Source: Terriglobia bacterium
Lineage (GTDB): Bacteria; Acidobacteriota; Terriglobia; Bryobacterales; Bryobacteraceae
Reading direction: 5' to 3'
Length of the DNA stretch: 64,000 bases
Assembly (NCBI GenBank): GCA_021324615.1
Contig: JAJPIT010000017.1
Coordinates: forward strand, 19,021 to 83,020
Part shown: piece after piece, positions 1 through 8,979 of the stretch
Layout of the letters: each line of letters opens with the position of its first letter
How positions within the stretch are numbered: the stretch's first letter is position 1
Made by a program: the position numbers and the translations under genes
The notes under the pieces: model-generated
Told to the model about the DNA's origin: nothing
Seen by the model: only the letters and a program-made list of their open reading frames with translations
Database searches by the model: none

Positions 1-461
1 GCGATCCGCGCCGCCTTTTCCACCGCCGGCGTGTCGTGGCCGTCGATATGCAACATGCGCGCGCCGGCGATCTTTTCGGGCGTGATGCTCGCGGCTTCGA
101 GTCTCAGGCAGTCGGGCCGCGACCAAAAAACCGTCCGCTCGCCCGTCGACCGGTCGATGATGATGTACGCCGTCTGGTTCGGACAATTGGCGCGAATCTC
201 CACATCGTCCAGATTGATGCCGGTCTCGCGCAGGCTGGCAAGCTGCACCCGCCCGCGTTCATCGTCGCCCACCGTGCCGATATATTTCACCCGCAGGCCG
301 AGCCGGGCCGCGGTCGCCATCGCGCTCGCCACCTGCCCGCCCGGACTGATAATTTCCTGCTGGATCAGCTCCTTGCCGGCATACGCGGGAAAATGCGCAA
401 CCAAAATCAACGTATCGGTGGCGTTCAGGCCGACGCCAACCAGGTCGAATGGGGGGTTCAC
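1..461 (-). CDS. PfkB/ribokinase-family carbohydrate kinase, N-terminal part only (gene runs off the left edge)
   Basis: Absent from the ORF track because it is truncated. My minus-strand translation from GTG at 461 reads VNPPFDLVGVGLNATDTLILVAHFPAYAGKELIQQEIISPGGQVASAMATAARLGLRVKYIGTVGDDERG, a typical PfkB N-terminus. The GTG overlaps the stop of the upstream gene (GTGA, 458-461). Confidence 0.65.
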   Translation of the reverse strand, partial: MNPPFDLVGVGLNATDTLILVAHFPAYAGKELIQQEIISPGGQVASAMATAARLGLRVKYIGTVGDDERGRVQLASLRETGINLDDVEIRANCPNQTAYIIIDRSTGERTVFWSRPDCLRLEAASITPEKIAGARMLHIDGHDTPAVEKAARI

Positions 462-2038
462 TGGATGAAATCGAGTATCGCACGCGCCGCCGCGTCGCCG
501 GGCCGGGCCAGATCCCGAATCTGGGACCAATGATCTTCGCGCTCCACATAAACCAACCGCGCCGGGACGAACTTCTCCCGCAGCGCCGCGGCGAACCGGC
601 GCGCCTGCTCCGGCAGCCCGAACGCATCCCATTGGCAGTAGGTCAACAAAAAGGGCGGCGCGCCGCGATGGATATGATCGATCGGCGACGGATCGTCGTC
701 GGCGTTCTGAAACTCGGCGAGACTGCCGACGTCGTACAAACCGCTGATCGAAATCACGCCCCGCACCGCGCCGCGCTCCAACCCATACTTCGGATCGAGA
801 GCGACCAGCGATGCCAGATGCCCGCCCGAGGAATGCCCGGCGAGATAAACTCGCGCCGGATCGCCGCCATATTCGGCAATGTGGCGCCGCACCCAGCGGA
901 ACACCGCCGCCGCGTCTTCGGGCTGCGCCGGATACGGATCTTCAGGCATGAGGCGGAAATCCGGGATCGCCACGCCGATGCCCGCCTGGGCGAACCGGAC
1001 GCCGAGCGGCGTATATTGCGAGCGATCCCCGCTTCGCCACGCTCCTCCGTGCAGGAAAACCATCACCGGAAAATTTTTTTTCCCCGTCGGCAGATAGAGA
1101 TCGAGCTTCCGCCGATCGTCCGCGGCGGCGTACGCCAGGCCCCGGCGAATCTCCACCTCCTCCGGAACCGGCCCCACGGGAACGCTCTTCAGCGCGCGGG
1201 CTTGGAGGTGAATCGGCATCGTGTTCAGCCACTCGAACGTTTCGCCGTCCAGCGTCAGCCAGGCGCGCATCCGGTAATCGCCGGGCTCCTTCACCGGATA
1301 GCTCAAGCGCCGCGCCGCCGTTTCCTCCACCACCGACCCATTCCGTTCCAGCGCGATCTTGGCCGGAATCGGCAGATTCACCAGCAGCCGCGTGCCCGCG
1401 CCGAGCGGCGCGGCGTCGCCGATGTCGTACACGCCGGCCTCCGTTTCGGCGACGAAAAAAAATCCCGCCGGATCGCACAGCCAGTCCGCTGCCTGGTAAA
1501 ACCGCCCCCGGGTGATGGATGCGGTGATGGCCTCCGCCGTGAGTTCTCGCGCCAGGACGTGCGTGCTGAAGCTGCGAAATTGCAGTTCCGGGTGCGAGCC
1601 GAGCGCGGCGCCCGCCAGCGCGAACACTTCTTCGGGAAATTGTTTGAACGCGGAGTTCAGATGCTTCGCTTGGGCCGCTCCCGGACGCGCGGGCGCGGGC
1701 AGACCCGCGGGAGCCTTCATCACCAGCACGCCGCGCCGCATCGCCGCGCCGTCTTGCGCAGTGAACAAGACATCGACGCCCGCGGCCTGCGCGGCGTCCG
1801 CCTGCCCGGCGTCGCCCGCGGCCCCGCGGAAATCGCGGTACACCCCGGGCAGCGGCGCCGCGATCCGCTCCTTCATCCACTGCACGCGCTGCTGGTGGAT
1901 GGCCTCCAGGTGAGATTCAAAGGACCCGGCAAACAGCGCAAGCGCCGCGCCGGTAAAGGCGGGGACAAGGCCTCCCGCCGCCCTACTCCTTCGCCGCCGG
2001 AATTTCGTACAGGTAGATGACGTGGCTGTTGGCGCCAT
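458..2038 (-). CDS. alpha/beta hydrolase (esterase/lipase-like) with an uncharacterised N-terminal domain of about 250 aa
   Basis: ORF-track protein has an oxyanion-hole motif (VFLHGGAWRSGDRS) and a nucleophile elbow (GHSSGGHLA). The N-terminus looks like a signal or anchor (LVPAFTGAALALFAG). The start is uncertain because the longest ORF overlaps the upstream gene by 56 nt. Confidence 0.75.
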   Translation of the reverse strand: MAPTATSSTCTKFRRRRSRAAGGLVPAFTGAALALFAGSFESHLEAIHQQRVQWMKERIAAPLPGVYRDFRGAAGDAGQADAAQAAGVDVLFTAQDGAAMRRGVLVMKAPAGLPAPARPGAAQAKHLNSAFKQFPEEVFALAGAALGSHPELQFRSFSTHVLARELTAEAITASITRGRFYQAADWLCDPAGFFFVAETEAGVYDIGDAAPLGAGTRLLVNLPIPAKIALERNGSVVEETAARRLSYPVKEPGDYRMRAWLTLDGETFEWLNTMPIHLQARALKSVPVGPVPEEVEIRRGLAYAAADDRRKLDLYLPTGKKNFPVMVFLHGGAWRSGDRSQYTPLGVRFAQAGIGVAIPDFRLMPEDPYPAQPEDAAAVFRWVRRHIAEYGGDPARVYLAGHSSGGHLASLVALDPKYGLERGAVRGVISISGLYDVGSLAEFQNADDDPSPIDHIHRGAPPFLLTYCQWDAFGLPEQARRFAAALREKFVPARLVYVEREDHWSQIRDLARPGDAAARAILDFIQ

Positions 2039-2582
2039 CGGTCCGGTCGACCTTGGCCGCCTTCCATCCCGGAATCGGATAATCGTGCGAAACCACGCGC
2101 GCGCCCGGCTTCAGATACTGCTCCAGATGCGGCCGCAGCCGGGAGTTCAACTGGGTCGAAAGATAAATGGCCACCACGTCGGCGCCGCTGAAATCCACAT
2201 TCAGCAGATCCCCGGCAATCACGCGCGCCTGCGATTGTAATCCGGCTCGCGCAATCGCGTTCTGCGCCTTGGCCGCCAGCTTCGGCGAGATCTCCACGCC
2301 CACCGCCTTCACCTGATAGCGTTTCACCGCCGCCAGCAGGATGCGCCCGTCGCCGCAGCCTAAATCATAAAGCGTCTCTCCCGGCTTGATCTGCGCCAGG
2401 TCAAGCATCCGGTCCACCACGCGGACCGGGGAGGAGACATAGGGCGCGAGTTTGTTGGTGAACAGGGGGTCCTGCGCCAGTGCGGGTAAAGCCGCGACCG
2501 CGAAAATCACGCCCGCTGCGGCCTTGTTCAGCAAGAGCCTGGCCAGCGGCTTCCGGACGGCGCCATCAGAACGCATAACCAT
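1983..2582 (-). CDS. class I SAM-dependent methyltransferase with an N-terminal signal/anchor sequence
   Basis: SAM-binding motif I is present (LYDLGCGDGRILLAAV). I chose the internal Met (MVMRSDGAVRKPLARLLLNKAAAGVIFAVAALPALAQDP) at 2582 because the longest ORF (to 2690) would overlap the upstream gene ending at 2594. Confidence 0.7.
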   Translation of the reverse strand: MVMRSDGAVRKPLARLLLNKAAAGVIFAVAALPALAQDPLFTNKLAPYVSSPVRVVDRMLDLAQIKPGETLYDLGCGDGRILLAAVKRYQVKAVGVEISPKLAAKAQNAIARAGLQSQARVIAGDLLNVDFSGADVVAIYLSTQLNSRLRPHLEQYLKPGARVVSHDYPIPGWKAAKVDRTDGANSHVIYLYEIPAAKE

Positions 2583-2593
2583 CGCCAAAGCGT

Positions 2594-3823
2594 CTACCTC
2601 GAACCACCACCCTGCGGAACCCCGGGCTTGAACTGCCCGGACTGCTTCGATTTTACTATACGCGCCACCATCTCGGATACGGCAAACCACAGGTCGCGCG
2701 GCCGGCTGATGGTGTACTCGGTTCCCTTAAACACCTTAATCGCCCGGCTGATCGAGTCGCGCCACGGGATCGATTGCGGGTTCAAGGCGTAGTTCATATA
2801 GAACACAGGATAATCGACGTCCGCCAGGGGCTTTAAAGTTTCCTCCGGAACCGCTTCGTCGAGCATCACCTTGGGGCCGGCAAACACCACCGCGTCCGGA
2901 TGATCGTCCGTTTTCATCTCTTTCAGAATCAGATTGCTCAAAAACTCCGTTTCGCTGTGCTTCTGGGCCAGTTTTTTCAGATCGACCGTGCCCAGCTTGA
3001 TCGAACGAATCGCCTCCCCAAGCGCCGGAAAATCGATCTTATCTTCGCTTTTTTGCCGGTAAACGATGCGCTGCTCCTGCATGTTGAAGGCGACGATGGA
3101 AAAGCTGGAAAACCGCGGCTCCCGCGAAATCTGCCGCAGAATCGACACCAGGGCGATCGTATCGATGGGCCGGAACGCCGCCGCGTCCCAATGCTGCGGT
3201 GCGAAGTTCACCAGCAATTTCAGCCTCAGCCCGCCCGCGGGCCGCTCCACCGGCGGCTCATCCCGGAACTGCTCGGCGTCGGTGGCCTGCACCGCGGCCG
3301 CGGGGATGGTCAAGGCGATCTGCTTGTCCTTGGGCGCCAGAGCGGCCTGCTCGTCCCAGTAAAACGAGCAAACGCGCTCGGCCCGGTCCCGCATCAGCCA
3401 GTCGATATGGTAGCTGCCCTCGCCGATGTCGAAAACCCCGCTCAGGGTCGCGTCCCCGCGCGCGTCGTCGTCGATGGCGGGCACCCGGAAATGTTGGACG
3501 AAATAGGTCGGCCGGTCTTTTTGGCCCTCCGGCGTCACCCGGAACAAAACCGTGAGCTGGTTTTCTTCTCCGCTTAACTCCTTCAGTGGGACGTTGACTT
3601 CATAACCGGCGTGGAAACGCAGATCGAAGCCGAGCTCCGGTTTTTCCGGCGTAACGCTACACGGCAGGTCCTTGCGTACCTCCTGCTCTTCCAGCACCGC
3701 CATATCGGTCGCCTGGATCCGCACCGGCCCGCCGGAAGCAAACAACAGCGTCTGCGCGTGCGCAACTCCGGCGAGCCAAAGCAACCCCGCCCCCTCGCCG
3801 AGCCGTAAGTTCATGCCTCGCAT
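2594..3823 (-). CDS. secreted hypothetical protein (409 aa); no domain I can name with certainty
   Basis: Long ORF in the same direction as its neighbours, with a signal peptide (MRGMNLRLGEGAGLLWLAGVAHAQ). The C-terminal half is vaguely alpha/beta (VWA-like) but I see no MIDAS motif. Confidence 0.6.
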   Translation of the reverse strand: MRGMNLRLGEGAGLLWLAGVAHAQTLLFASGGPVRIQATDMAVLEEQEVRKDLPCSVTPEKPELGFDLRFHAGYEVNVPLKELSGEENQLTVLFRVTPEGQKDRPTYFVQHFRVPAIDDDARGDATLSGVFDIGEGSYHIDWLMRDRAERVCSFYWDEQAALAPKDKQIALTIPAAAVQATDAEQFRDEPPVERPAGGLRLKLLVNFAPQHWDAAAFRPIDTIALVSILRQISREPRFSSFSIVAFNMQEQRIVYRQKSEDKIDFPALGEAIRSIKLGTVDLKKLAQKHSETEFLSNLILKEMKTDDHPDAVVFAGPKVMLDEAVPEETLKPLADVDYPVFYMNYALNPQSIPWRDSISRAIKVFKGTEYTISRPRDLWFAVSEMVARIVKSKQSGQFKPGVPQGGGSR

Positions 3824-3936
3824 CTCGTATTATGGCCGAAATCGCAAAATCTTCAACCCAAAATAGCGCGCAACCGGCCCGCCCGCAGGCCCGGGTCAGG
3901 AGCCGCGGGCGCTAAGTGGTGTGATGAACAAGACCT

Positions 3937-3942
3937 TATAAT
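3937..3942 (+). promoter_or_regulatory. candidate -10 box (TATAAT) 9 nt upstream of the murB ATG, implying a near-leaderless transcript
   Basis: A perfect TATAAT lies at 3937-3942 and the ATG at 3952. No Shine-Dalgarno sequence fits in between. Confidence 0.3.
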
Positions 3943-3951
3943 CGTTCTCAG

Positions 3952-4911
3952 ATGCTGTTTCGCCTTTTGGCGATTCCCAACCTGCGCGTCTTCGTCAATG
4001 CGCCGCTTGCCCGTTACAACCGATTCGAGATCGGCGGGCCGGCTCGCGCCCTGCTGGACGCCGCCGATGAAACGGCGCTGGCGCAGGCCTGGCGCACTTT
4101 GCGCGATTACGGCTGGCCGCACCAGGTGATCGGCGGGGGCACCAACCTTATCGTCGACGACGCCGGCTTCCCCGGGGCGGTTCTGCGCTACACGGAGAAC
4201 TCCATCCGTTTCGAGGGAACCACTGTCGAGGCCGGCGCGGGGGCGGTTCTTCAAGACCTGGTCGATGCGACGATCGACCGCGGATTGCGGGGGCTGGAGA
4301 CGATGACCGGCATTCCCGGCTGGGTCGGCGGCGCGGTCTATGGCAACGCCGGAGCCTACGGCCATTCCATCGAGGAACGCGTCGCGCGCGTGCGCTTTTT
4401 CGACGGCGAGTCGGTTCGCGAGTTCGGCCGCGTCCAATGCCGGTTCGCCTATCGCGACAGCGCTTTTAAACACTGCAAAAACTGGATTATTCTTTCCGTG
4501 ACGCTGCAAATGGAGGCCGCTGATCCCGCCGCCCTCAGGTCGCTCGCCAACGGCATTCTGAAGATCCGCAACGAAAAATATCCTCCCTCGATGCGCTGCG
4601 CGGGAAGCATTTTCAAAAACCTTCTGCTCGCGGAGCTGCCGGAAAGCGCGCGCGCCCGGATTCCCGCGCAGGTGATCCGCGAAGGCAAGGTTCCGGCGGC
4701 GTTCTTCCTGGAGCAGGTCGGCGCGAAAGGACGCTCCAACGGCGCGATCCGCGTCGCCGATTATCACGCCAATCTGATTTACAACAGCGGCGGCGGCTCG
4801 GCGCGGGAGCTGAAAAACCTGATTTTCGAGCTGAAGGCGCGCGTCCGGGAGCAGTTCGGCCTGGAGCTTGAGGAAGAAGTCCAGTACATTCCCGCCGCGC
4901 CGCAACGTTAG
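3952..4911 (+). CDS. murB: UDP-N-acetylenolpyruvoylglucosamine reductase (MurB)
   Basis: FAD-binding N-terminus (FEIGGPARALLDA, GGGTNLIVDD), WVGGAVYGNAGAYG and the C-terminal AGSIFKN motif. The length of 319 aa fits. Confidence 0.9.
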   Translation: MLFRLLAIPNLRVFVNAPLARYNRFEIGGPARALLDAADETALAQAWRTLRDYGWPHQVIGGGTNLIVDDAGFPGAVLRYTENSIRFEGTTVEAGAGAVLQDLVDATIDRGLRGLETMTGIPGWVGGAVYGNAGAYGHSIEERVARVRFFDGESVREFGRVQCRFAYRDSAFKHCKNWIILSVTLQMEAADPAALRSLANGILKIRNEKYPPSMRCAGSIFKNLLLAELPESARARIPAQVIREGKVPAAFFLEQVGAKGRSNGAIRVADYHANLIYNSGGGSARELKNLIFELKARVREQFGLELEEEVQYIPAAPQR

Positions 4912-5110
4912 CCTCCCTGTTTTACCCGTAAAATCTACCGTCCTGACTGTATGAATCTCTATAGATTTATCTAACTTATTCAAGGAAATTCTCAGGCGTA
5001 TGCCCAGCGATCCTACGGGAAAATCATCTCATTTTTGGTTAAAAATGAAACCGCTATTGCCCCCGCGGTGTCTTGAAAAGTAGAAAGACATTGTGGAGGT
5101 GAAAACCAAA

Positions 5111-5662
5111 ATGGCGGATGATGCAATGCGTGATCCTTCCGCGTATCCTGCGGGGGCGCGAATGGGAGAACGCTTCAATCTGGAAAGGGCATGCTGGGGA
5201 GCGATCTGGGCTGGCAGCATGGTCACCATGGGCGTGGAGCTTCTGTTTCTTTCCTTTGGCGTGTTTATCGATGGCCTGCTCGGCGGATCGGCTGCCTGGA
5301 CGATGGCCTGGTATCTGGTGACGATGGCGATCTCCTTCTATGCCGGCGCGGCGGCCGCGGCTCGCCTCGCCGATGCGCCGGCGCGGGATATCTGCCTGAT
5401 GAACGGCCTGGCGGCCTGGGGCGTGGCGACCCTCGCGACGGCCATCCTCGGCGCCGCCGGCGCGGTGGCGTTGCTTAAGACCGCCCTGCCGGCCAGCCAG
5501 ATGCTGCACTGGAGCGGCGCCGAACAGTGGGGCGGCGTGATCTGGGGCGGCGTTCTGCTGAGCCTGATCACGGCCTATCTCGGCAGCGGAAGCACCCTGC
5601 GCGGCCCGGTCTCCGCCACGCACCACGAAACCCCGGCGTCGGCGATGCGGCGGGCGAGCTGA
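5111..5662 (+). CDS. hypothetical integral membrane protein (about 4 TM segments)
   Basis: Hydrophobic segments include WAGSMVTMGVELLFLSFGVFIDGLL, WYLVTMAISFYAGAAAAA, LAAWGVATLATAILGAAGAVALL and VIWGGVLLSLITAYLG. GGAGG at 5096-5100 precedes the ATG at 5111. The ORF track starts at GTG 5093. Confidence 0.55.
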   Translation: MADDAMRDPSAYPAGARMGERFNLERACWGAIWAGSMVTMGVELLFLSFGVFIDGLLGGSAAWTMAWYLVTMAISFYAGAAAAARLADAPARDICLMNGLAAWGVATLATAILGAAGAVALLKTALPASQMLHWSGAEQWGGVIWGGVLLSLITAYLGSGSTLRGPVSATHHETPASAMRRAS

Positions 5663-5731
5663 CGTCCTCCCTCGCTCGTTCGCTGCCGCGCTGCCGGGAT
5701 CGCTGGATTCAGAGCCACGCGGAGCGGCAAC

Positions 5732-5791
5732 AAGCGCGGCGCACGGCCACCTCCTCGGTGACTGCGCGCCGCGCTTCCCTTTCCTCGTTTT
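5732..5791 (+). terminator. possible intrinsic terminator between convergent genes
   Basis: The inverted repeat AAGCGCGGCG / CGCCGCGCTT has a large loop and is followed by CCCTTTCCTCGTTTT. Confidence 0.3.
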
Positions 5792-5805
5792 CCAACCCTT
5801 GAAGA

Positions 5806-8800
5806 TTACGCGGGCGTGGGCGCGGGCTGTTCGGCCGGCTTGGCGGACTTCCTGCGCCCGGCCAGCCACGCCTGCATCCGCGCCATGTAGGTGTAAAAGA
5901 CCGGCGTCAGATACAGCGTCACCAGTTGCGAGAACATCAACCCGCCGACCACCACCAGCCCCAGCGACTGCCGCGCTTCCCCGCCGGCCCCCCAGCCCAC
6001 CGCGATCGGCACCGCGCCGAGCAGCGCCGCCATCGTCGTCATCATGATCGGCCGGAAACGGATCAGGCAGCCTTGATAGATCGCCTGTTCCGGCGCCATG
6101 CCCTGGTTCCGCTCGGCGTCCAGCGCGAAATCGATCTGCATAATCGCGTTCTTCTTCACAATGCCAATCAGCATGATCAGGCCCACGAACGCATAGATGT
6201 TCAGGTCGAGATGGAAAATATACAGCGTCAGCAGCGCGCCGAAGCCCGCCGAGGGCAGCCCGGAAAGAATCGTGATCGGGTGGATATAACTCTCATACAA
6301 AATCCCCAGCACGATGTAGACGACCACGATCGCGATCATCAGCAACACCCACAAATTGCCGAGCGAGCTCTCAAAGGCCTTCGCCGCGCCCTGGAAGCTG
6401 GTGCTGATCGTGTTCGGCAGCGTCGCCGCCGCAATCTGCCGGATCTTTTCCGTCACCGGACCGAGCGCCACCCCCGGCTGCAAGTCGAAGGAGATGGTCA
6501 CGGCGGTGAGCTGGCCGTTGTGGTTGATGGCCTGCGGGCCCACGTCGGTCTTAAGCGTCGCCAGCGTGTCCAGCGGCACCATCTGATTGTTGCTCCCCTT
6601 GAGGTACAGCATCGAAAGCACGTCCGGATTGGACTGAAACTGCGGCTTCAGCTCCAGCAAAACCTCGTATTCGTTGATCGCCGCGTAAATGGTCGACACC
6701 CAGTGCGGCCCGTAGGCGTCGTAGAACGCGCTTTCAATGGTGTTGGCGCTGATCTGGAGCGCGCCGGCCTTGTCGCGGTCGATCTGCACCTCCACCTGCG
6801 GGCTGGCGATCGCCAGATCGCTGGTCACGTCGCGCACGCCGGGAATCTTGGCGATCTCCTCCTGCATCTTTTGCGAGTAGGAGAACAGCTCCGGCTTGTT
6901 GGGCGACTGCGTCGAGAACTGATACAGGCTCTTGCTCACCTGGCCGCCGATGCGGATCGTCGGCGGATTCTGCAAGTAGACCTTCATGCCCGGCACCTCC
7001 GCCAGCTTCGGCTGCAACCGGCGGATAATCTCATTCACCCCTTCCTTGCGCTGCGCGCGCGGCTTCAGGCGGACCAGCATCTGCCCGAAGTTCGGACCGC
7101 CCACGGTTTGCGCCGCGGTTCCGCCCACGGTCGACATCAGCGCTTCCACGTTCGGATCCTGCCGGATCAGGTCCGCCACCTGCTGCTGGTACTGCACCAT
7201 CTGGTAGTAGGAAGTACCTTGCAGCGCCTCCGTGGTCACCGCGATCTGATCGGTGTCCTGGTCGGGAATGAAGCCCTTGGGGATGTCCACGAACATCCAC
7301 CCGGTGGCCACCAGCACGATCACGAAGGTGGCCATGGTGAAGACGCGATGCCGCAGGCAAACCTTGAGTGTGGCGTCGTAGGCCCGCAGCATCCCGTCGA
7401 AGAATTTTTCCGTGGCGTGATAGAGCCAGCCATGGCGCTGGTGCTCGGGCGCGCGCAGAAACCGGCTGCACAGCATCGGCGTCAGCGTCACCGAGACCAC
7501 GCCCGAAATCAAAATGGCCACGCAGATGGTCACCGAAAACTCGCGGAACAGCCGTCCCAGAATGCCGCCCAGAAACAGCACCGGAATGAACACCGCCGCC
7601 AGCGACAGCGTCATCGAAACGATGGTGAATCCGATTTCCTTGGATCCCACCAGCGAGGCGGCCAGCGGCTTCTTGCCCATCTCCATGTGGCGGAAGATGT
7701 TTTCCAGCATCACAATGGCGTCGTCCACCACGAAGCCCACCGAAAGGATCAGCGCCATCATCGACAGGTTGTCCAGACTGTACTTGAGCAGGTACATCAC
7801 GCTGAACGTCCCGATGATGGAGAACGGCAGCGCCAGACTGGGGATGATCGTCGCCGATACGTTGCGCAGGAAAAGGAAGATCACCGCGATCACCAGCCCC
7901 AGCGTCAGCAGCATCGTGAACTGAACGTCCTTGTACGATTCGCGGATGGTGTCGGAGCGGTCGTACAGAATGTCCATGTGCACGGTCGGCGGCAGTTCCT
8001 GCTTGAAGATCGGCAGCAGCTTCTTGATGTTGTCGGCCACCTCGATGGTGTTGGTGCCGGGCTGCCGCTGGATCCCCAGCACGATCGCGCGCTGCTCGTC
8101 GTCGTGGGTGTAGAACCACGACGCCGTATAGCGGTCCTGCACCCCGTCCACCACGTCGCCCAGATCCTCCAGACGCACCGGAGCGCCGTTGCGGTAGGCC
8201 ACCACCATGCGCTTGTACTGCGCCGCGTTCATCAACTGCCCGCTCGCCTGAAGCGTGAAAGCCCGCTGCGGCCCGGTGATCTGCCCGGTCGGCAGGTTCA
8301 CGTTCCAGGTCTTCAGCGCGTTTTCCACGTCGTTGATCCCGATCTGATGGGAGGCCAGCGCATGCGGATCCATCTGCACGTGCACCGCGTACTTCTGCTG
8401 GCCCAGCACCTGCACCTGCGCCACCCCGCTCGACATCGAGATCCGCTGCGCCACCCGCGTCTCGGCGTATTCGTCCAGCGTCCACAGCGGGACCTGCTTC
8501 GAGGTCAGCACCAGATAAATGATGGGCTGATCGGCCGGATTGACTTTGGTGAACGTCGGCGGCGTGGGCATGCCCTGCGGCAGAAGCCTCGCCGCCTGAG
8601 TGATGGCGGCCTGCACGTCCACCGCCGCCCCATCCATGCTGCGCGTCAGCGCGAACTCCAGCGTGATCTGCGTCGATCCCAGCGAGTTCACCGAGGTCAT
8701 CTGCTCCAGGCCGGCGATCGTCGAAAACTGGTTTTCCAGCGGAGTCGCCACCGCCGAGGACATCGTCTCCGGGCTCGCCCCCGGCAGGCTCGCCGTAATG

Positions 8801-8937
8801 AGCAGCGTCGGAAAATCGACGTTCGGCAGATCGCTCACCGGCAGCGCCCGGTAGGCCACCACGCCGAACAGCGCGATGGCCGCCATCAAAAGGCTGGTCG
8901 CGATCGGGCGGCGGATAAAGGTTTCGGAAAAATTCAT
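5806..8937 (-). CDS. RND efflux permease (AcrB/MdtC-like, HAE1 family)
   Basis: 1043 aa. The N-terminus MNFSETFIRRPIATSLLMAAIALFG is canonical for AcrB-family pumps, with 12-TM architecture and two large periplasmic loops. Confidence 0.9.
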   Translation of the reverse strand: MNFSETFIRRPIATSLLMAAIALFGVVAYRALPVSDLPNVDFPTLLITASLPGASPETMSSAVATPLENQFSTIAGLEQMTSVNSLGSTQITLEFALTRSMDGAAVDVQAAITQAARLLPQGMPTPPTFTKVNPADQPIIYLVLTSKQVPLWTLDEYAETRVAQRISMSSGVAQVQVLGQQKYAVHVQMDPHALASHQIGINDVENALKTWNVNLPTGQITGPQRAFTLQASGQLMNAAQYKRMVVAYRNGAPVRLEDLGDVVDGVQDRYTASWFYTHDDEQRAIVLGIQRQPGTNTIEVADNIKKLLPIFKQELPPTVHMDILYDRSDTIRESYKDVQFTMLLTLGLVIAVIFLFLRNVSATIIPSLALPFSIIGTFSVMYLLKYSLDNLSMMALILSVGFVVDDAIVMLENIFRHMEMGKKPLAASLVGSKEIGFTIVSMTLSLAAVFIPVLFLGGILGRLFREFSVTICVAILISGVVSVTLTPMLCSRFLRAPEHQRHGWLYHATEKFFDGMLRAYDATLKVCLRHRVFTMATFVIVLVATGWMFVDIPKGFIPDQDTDQIAVTTEALQGTSYYQMVQYQQQVADLIRQDPNVEALMSTVGGTAAQTVGGPNFGQMLVRLKPRAQRKEGVNEIIRRLQPKLAEVPGMKVYLQNPPTIRIGGQVSKSLYQFSTQSPNKPELFSYSQKMQEEIAKIPGVRDVTSDLAIASPQVEVQIDRDKAGALQISANTIESAFYDAYGPHWVSTIYAAINEYEVLLELKPQFQSNPDVLSMLYLKGSNNQMVPLDTLATLKTDVGPQAINHNGQLTAVTISFDLQPGVALGPVTEKIRQIAAATLPNTISTSFQGAAKAFESSLGNLWVLLMIAIVVVYIVLGILYESYIHPITILSGLPSAGFGALLTLYIFHLDLNIYAFVGLIMLIGIVKKNAIMQIDFALDAERNQGMAPEQAIYQGCLIRFRPIMMTTMAALLGAVPIAVGWGAGGEARQSLGLVVVGGLMFSQLVTLYLTPVFYTYMARMQAWLAGRRKSAKPAEQPAPTPA

Positions 8938-8979
8938 CGTATCGCTTCGCTTAAAAACACAGGCCTGGCCGGCTCCGCG

